The position numbers and the translations under genes are program-made. Source: Chrysemys picta bellii (Eukaryota). Taken from it: a DNA stretch of 42,946 nt. Under the pieces are notes generated by a model, which saw only the letters and a list, made by a program, of their open reading frames with translations, had not been told where the DNA came from and searched no databases. Shown here piece after piece: positions 40,068 through 42,946 of this stretch; position 1 is the stretch's first letter, and each line of letters starts with the position of its first letter. The stretch covers positions 2,315,055 through 2,358,000 of the forward strand of contig NC_088806.1 in the NCBI RefSeq assembly GCF_011386835.1. Direction: 5' to 3'.

Positions 40068-40325
40068 GTGAGTGGCCGGGGGGGGACCGGGATGGGGGGG
40101 CTTGGTGGGGGGGGAACTCCCGGCTACGCCTGTCCCAGCCTCTCCCAGCAGGGGGCGCCGTGGGGAGCGTGGCAGGGCGGGTGGCTGCGGGGGGAGCTCC
40201 CGGCTACGCCTGTCCCAGCCTCTCTCAGCAGGGGGGCGCCGTGGAGAGCGGGGTGGGAGCACTGGCTTTTGGGGTTCGGGGGGGTGGACGATTGTCTCCC
40301 CCACTGACCTCGCCCGGTCCCCCAG

Positions 40326-40476
40326 GGAGCCGGGCCGGGTGCTGCCCCAGGGGTTGGCTGCGCTTCGGGACAGCTGTTACTGGTTCTCCGGCAAGCAGAA
40401 GACCTGGGAGGAATCGAACCTGTACTGCAAAGCCCAGAACTCCCACCTGGTCGTCATCAACACACAGGACGAGCAG
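40326..40476 (+). CDS. C-type lectin CRD exon 1 (GSRAGCCPRGWLRF/DSCYWFSGKQKTWEESNLYCKAQNSHLVVINTQDEQ) with a 1-bp deletion near 40366-40369
   Basis: cccag acceptor, GTAGAT donor at 40477; CCP.W...SCYWFS...W.E...YC....HLVVI...EQ is the long-form CTLD pattern; 151 nt versus the expected 152. Confidence 0.9.
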
Positions 40477-40484
40477 GTAGATGG

Positions 40485-41125
40485 CGGGAGCCCCAGCCTC
40501 TCCCAGCAGGGGGCGCCGTGGGGCGCGGGGCGGGCTCCCGGCTCCCCCAGCCCCGGCCTCTCCCAGCGGGGGGCGCCGTGGGGCGCGGGGCGGGCTCCCG
40601 GCTCCCCCAGCCCCGGCCTCTCCAGCGGGGGGCGCCGTGGGGCGCGGGGCGGGCTCCCGGCTCCCCCAGCCCCGGCCTCTCCCAGCGGGGGGCGCCGTGG
40701 GGCGCGGGGCGGGCTCCCGGCTCCCCCAGCCCCGGCCTCTCCCAGCGGGGGGCGCCGTGGGGCGCGGGGCGGGCTCCCGGCTCCCCCAGCCCCGGCCTCT
40801 CCCAACGGGGGGCGCCGTGGGGCGCGGGGCGGGCTCCCGGCTCCCCCAGCCCCGGCCTCTCCAGCGGGGGGGCGCCGTGGGGCGCGGGGCGGGCTCCCGG
40901 CTCCTCCAGCCCCGGCCCCTCCCAGCGGGGGGCGCCGTGGGGCGCGGGGCGGGCTCCCGGCTCCTCCAGCCCCGGCCCCTCCAGCGGGGGGGCGCCGTGG
41001 GGCGCGGGGCGGGCTCCCGGCTCCTCCAGCCCCGGCCTCTCCCAGCGGGGGGCGCCGTGGGGCGCGGGGCGGGCTCCCGGCTCCTCCAGCCCCGGCCCCT
41101 CCCAGCGGGGGGCGCCGTGGGGCGC
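40485..41125. repeat. ~60 bp CpG-rich VNTR (ggggggcgccgtggggcgcggggcgggctcccggctcccccagccccggcctctcccagc), about 11 near-identical units
   Basis: Direct tandem repetition; related diverged units at 40095-40255. Confidence 0.95.
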
Positions 41126-41166
41126 ATGCCTGAAATAATCCTGCGCCCATTATTTTCCCGCGGCAG

Positions 41167-41273
41167 CTGTACATACAGCAGCAGACGGTCCCTTGGTACA
41201 CCTGGATCGGTTTGTCCAATAGAAGCGGGCCGGTGGCAGTGGGTCGACGTTCCGTCTACACCATGGACACCCG
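41167..41273 (+). CDS. C-type lectin CRD exon 2 (LYIQQQTVPWYTWIGLSNRSG/WQWVD/SVYTMDTR), 107 nt, with compensating +1/-1 indels
   Basis: cggcag acceptor ends 41166, GTGAGC at 41274; WIGL is in frame but W.WVD lies in a shifted frame over about 41230-41249; 107 nt, phase 0 to 2, as in ASGR1. The final CRD exon (QPD/EPN, WND) is not in the window. Confidence 0.85.
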
Positions 41274-41506
41274 GTGAGCAGCCGGATTGGCCTCCCTCGG
41301 CCTCCCCACCGGGCCCCCACTTCCTGTGTCCGTCCGTCCCCGGGAGACTCTCTCCACCCCCACACTTCTCCCGGATTGCCCAGGTTAATCCTGAATCCGC
41401 CCAATCTTGGCCTTTGATTTCCTCGTCCGATCGGGCGCCAAATTCACGGTCAAATCGAATCGATCCTAATCCAGTCCATCTCGTTCGTTACCTCGATTAT
41501 CTAAGC

Positions 41507-41815
41507 CAGGGGTCGGCAGCCTTTCAGGAGTGATGTGCCGAGTCTTCATTTATTCACTCTAATGTAAGGTTTCGCGTGCCAGTAATACATTTTAATGTTT
41601 TAGAAGGTCTCTTTCTATAAGTCTATAATATAGAACTAAACTATTGTTGTATGTAAAGTAAATAAGGTTTTTAAAATGTTTAAGAAGCTTCATTTAAAAT
41701 TAAATTAAAATGCAGAGCCCCCGGACCGGTGGCCAGGACCCGGGCAGTGTGAGTGCCGCTGAAAATTAGCTCGCGTGCCGCCTTCGGCCCGTGTGCCATA
41801 GGTTGCCTACCCCTG
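41507..41815. mobile_element. hAT-Charlie-type non-autonomous DNA transposon (MITE), 309 bp
   Basis: TIRs CAGGGGTCGGCAGCCT / AGGTTGCCTACCCCTG (14 of 16); 8 bp TSD ATCTAAGC / GTCTAAGC, close to the Charlie nTCTAGAn preference; AT-rich interior. Confidence 0.9.
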
Positions 41816-41989
41816 GTCTAAGCCAATCTCTGCCCTAATCGCAACTATGAATCCTTGAAAATAATACGTTCCAACCCCTAATAATATAATTAAATCGAAT
41901 AATCCAGCTAATCCAATTTTGACCATGCCAATTTTATGAAATCTCTCTTCTAATCACACACGCTCTATCTCCTGATCTACGCCCGTCTC

Positions 41990-42340
41990 ATATTATATCC
42001 TCTAATATAAATCCAAATCCAGAACTAGTATTAATTCAGTCCAAATCCCGGTCCAGATCCCAATCCAATACTGATCCAATCGCTCTCCTGACCCAGTCCT
42101 GATCCAGATCCAATCCAGATCTAATCCCAATTCAAATCCAAATCCTCACCCAACCCATCCCTGTGCTAATCTGAATCCAGATCTGATTTGATTCATAACT
42201 TCCTAAATGAATCTAATCAGATCCCTAATCCCAACCAATTTGCTCTCTCTGACTCCCATCCTCCACTCCCCCAGCTCTGCTTTCATTTCAGGGACTGGAG
42301 TCCGAATCAGCTGGATAACAGTTCCCCCCAATCCAGTCTC
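41990..42340. repeat. Low-complexity degenerate (A/G)ATCCA-type repeat
   Basis: aatcca / gatcca / taatcc motifs densely interspersed. Confidence 0.6.
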
Positions 42341-42344
42341 ATCT

Positions 42345-42915
42345 AATCCAGCCCAATCCAGTAATCTAATCCACACCCATGTAGCCTCATTCAACCCGGC
42401 CTAATCCAGAAATCTAATCCACACCAATGTAGCATCATCTAACCCGGCCTAGTCCAGAAATCTAATCCACACCCCATGTAGCATCATCTAACCCGGCCTA
42501 GTCCAGAAATCTAATCCACAACCAATGTAGCATCATCTAACCCGGCCTAGTCCAGAAATCTAATCCACACCCCATGTAGCCTCATTCAACCCAGCCTAAT
42601 CCAGAAATCTAATCCACACCCAATGTAGCATCATCTAACCCGGCCTAGTCCAGAAATCTAATCCACAACCAATGTAGCATCATCTAACCCGGCCTAGTCC
42701 AGAAATCCAATCCACACCCCATGTAGCCTCATTCAACCCAGCCTAATCCAGAAATCTAATCCACACCCAATGTAGCATCATCTAACCCGGCCTAGTCCAG
42801 AAATCTAATCCACACCCCATGTAGCCTCATCTAACCCGGCCTAATCCAGAAATCTAATCCACACCCCATGTAGCCTCATCCAACCCAGCCTAGTCCAGAA
42901 ATCTAATCCACAACC
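42345..42915. repeat. ~49 bp minisatellite (tctaatccacaccccatgtagcatcatctaacccggcctagtccagaaa), about 11 units
   Basis: Direct tandem repetition. Confidence 0.93.
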
Positions 42916-42946
42916 AATTTATTCAATTTCCCTGGCCAAGGTGTCA

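Noticed and set aside
41274-42946. Final CRD exon carrying the sugar-specificity motif (QPD or EPN) and WND
   Set aside because: I found no such exon in the window; ligand specificity and exact ASGR1/ASGR2/CLEC10A assignment cannot be made, so no gene symbol is given.

Overview
This is GC-rich, repeat-dense vertebrate genomic DNA. A sauropsid, most likely turtle, microchromosome is inferred from the repeat content, not proven. (1) Positions 1-3547 (+) hold the last seven coding exons of DLG4/PSD-95 (end of the HOOK region plus the guanylate-kinase domain, ending ...WIPARERL*), followed by its 3' UTR. (2) About 6450-19135 is a 44-45 bp telomere-like satellite with an 835 bp solo LTR inside it, followed by VNTRs and a hAT MITE. 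(3) Most of that block is repeated in inverted orientation at about 26200-39536. (4) An ASGR1/ASGR2/CLEC10A-family C-type lectin gene is split: its first three coding exons are on the minus strand (23141-24191) between the inverted arms, and its neck/CRD exons are on the plus strand (40037-41273) with three 1-bp indels. Two exact 500-N gaps (21947-22446, 39537-40036) bracket the apparently flipped segment. Reverse-complementing 22447-39536 restores a collinear lectin gene in the mammalian DLG4-to-ASGR order, so a misoriented second-haplotype contig is the simplest explanation. A real palindrome or inversion cannot be excluded without reads. The most interesting biological lead independent of the assembly question: skipping the 110-nt DLG4 exon, which triggers PTBP-dependent NMD in mammals, would create no NMD-inducing stop here. 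I found no prokaryotic-type system, CRISPR array or RNA gene.
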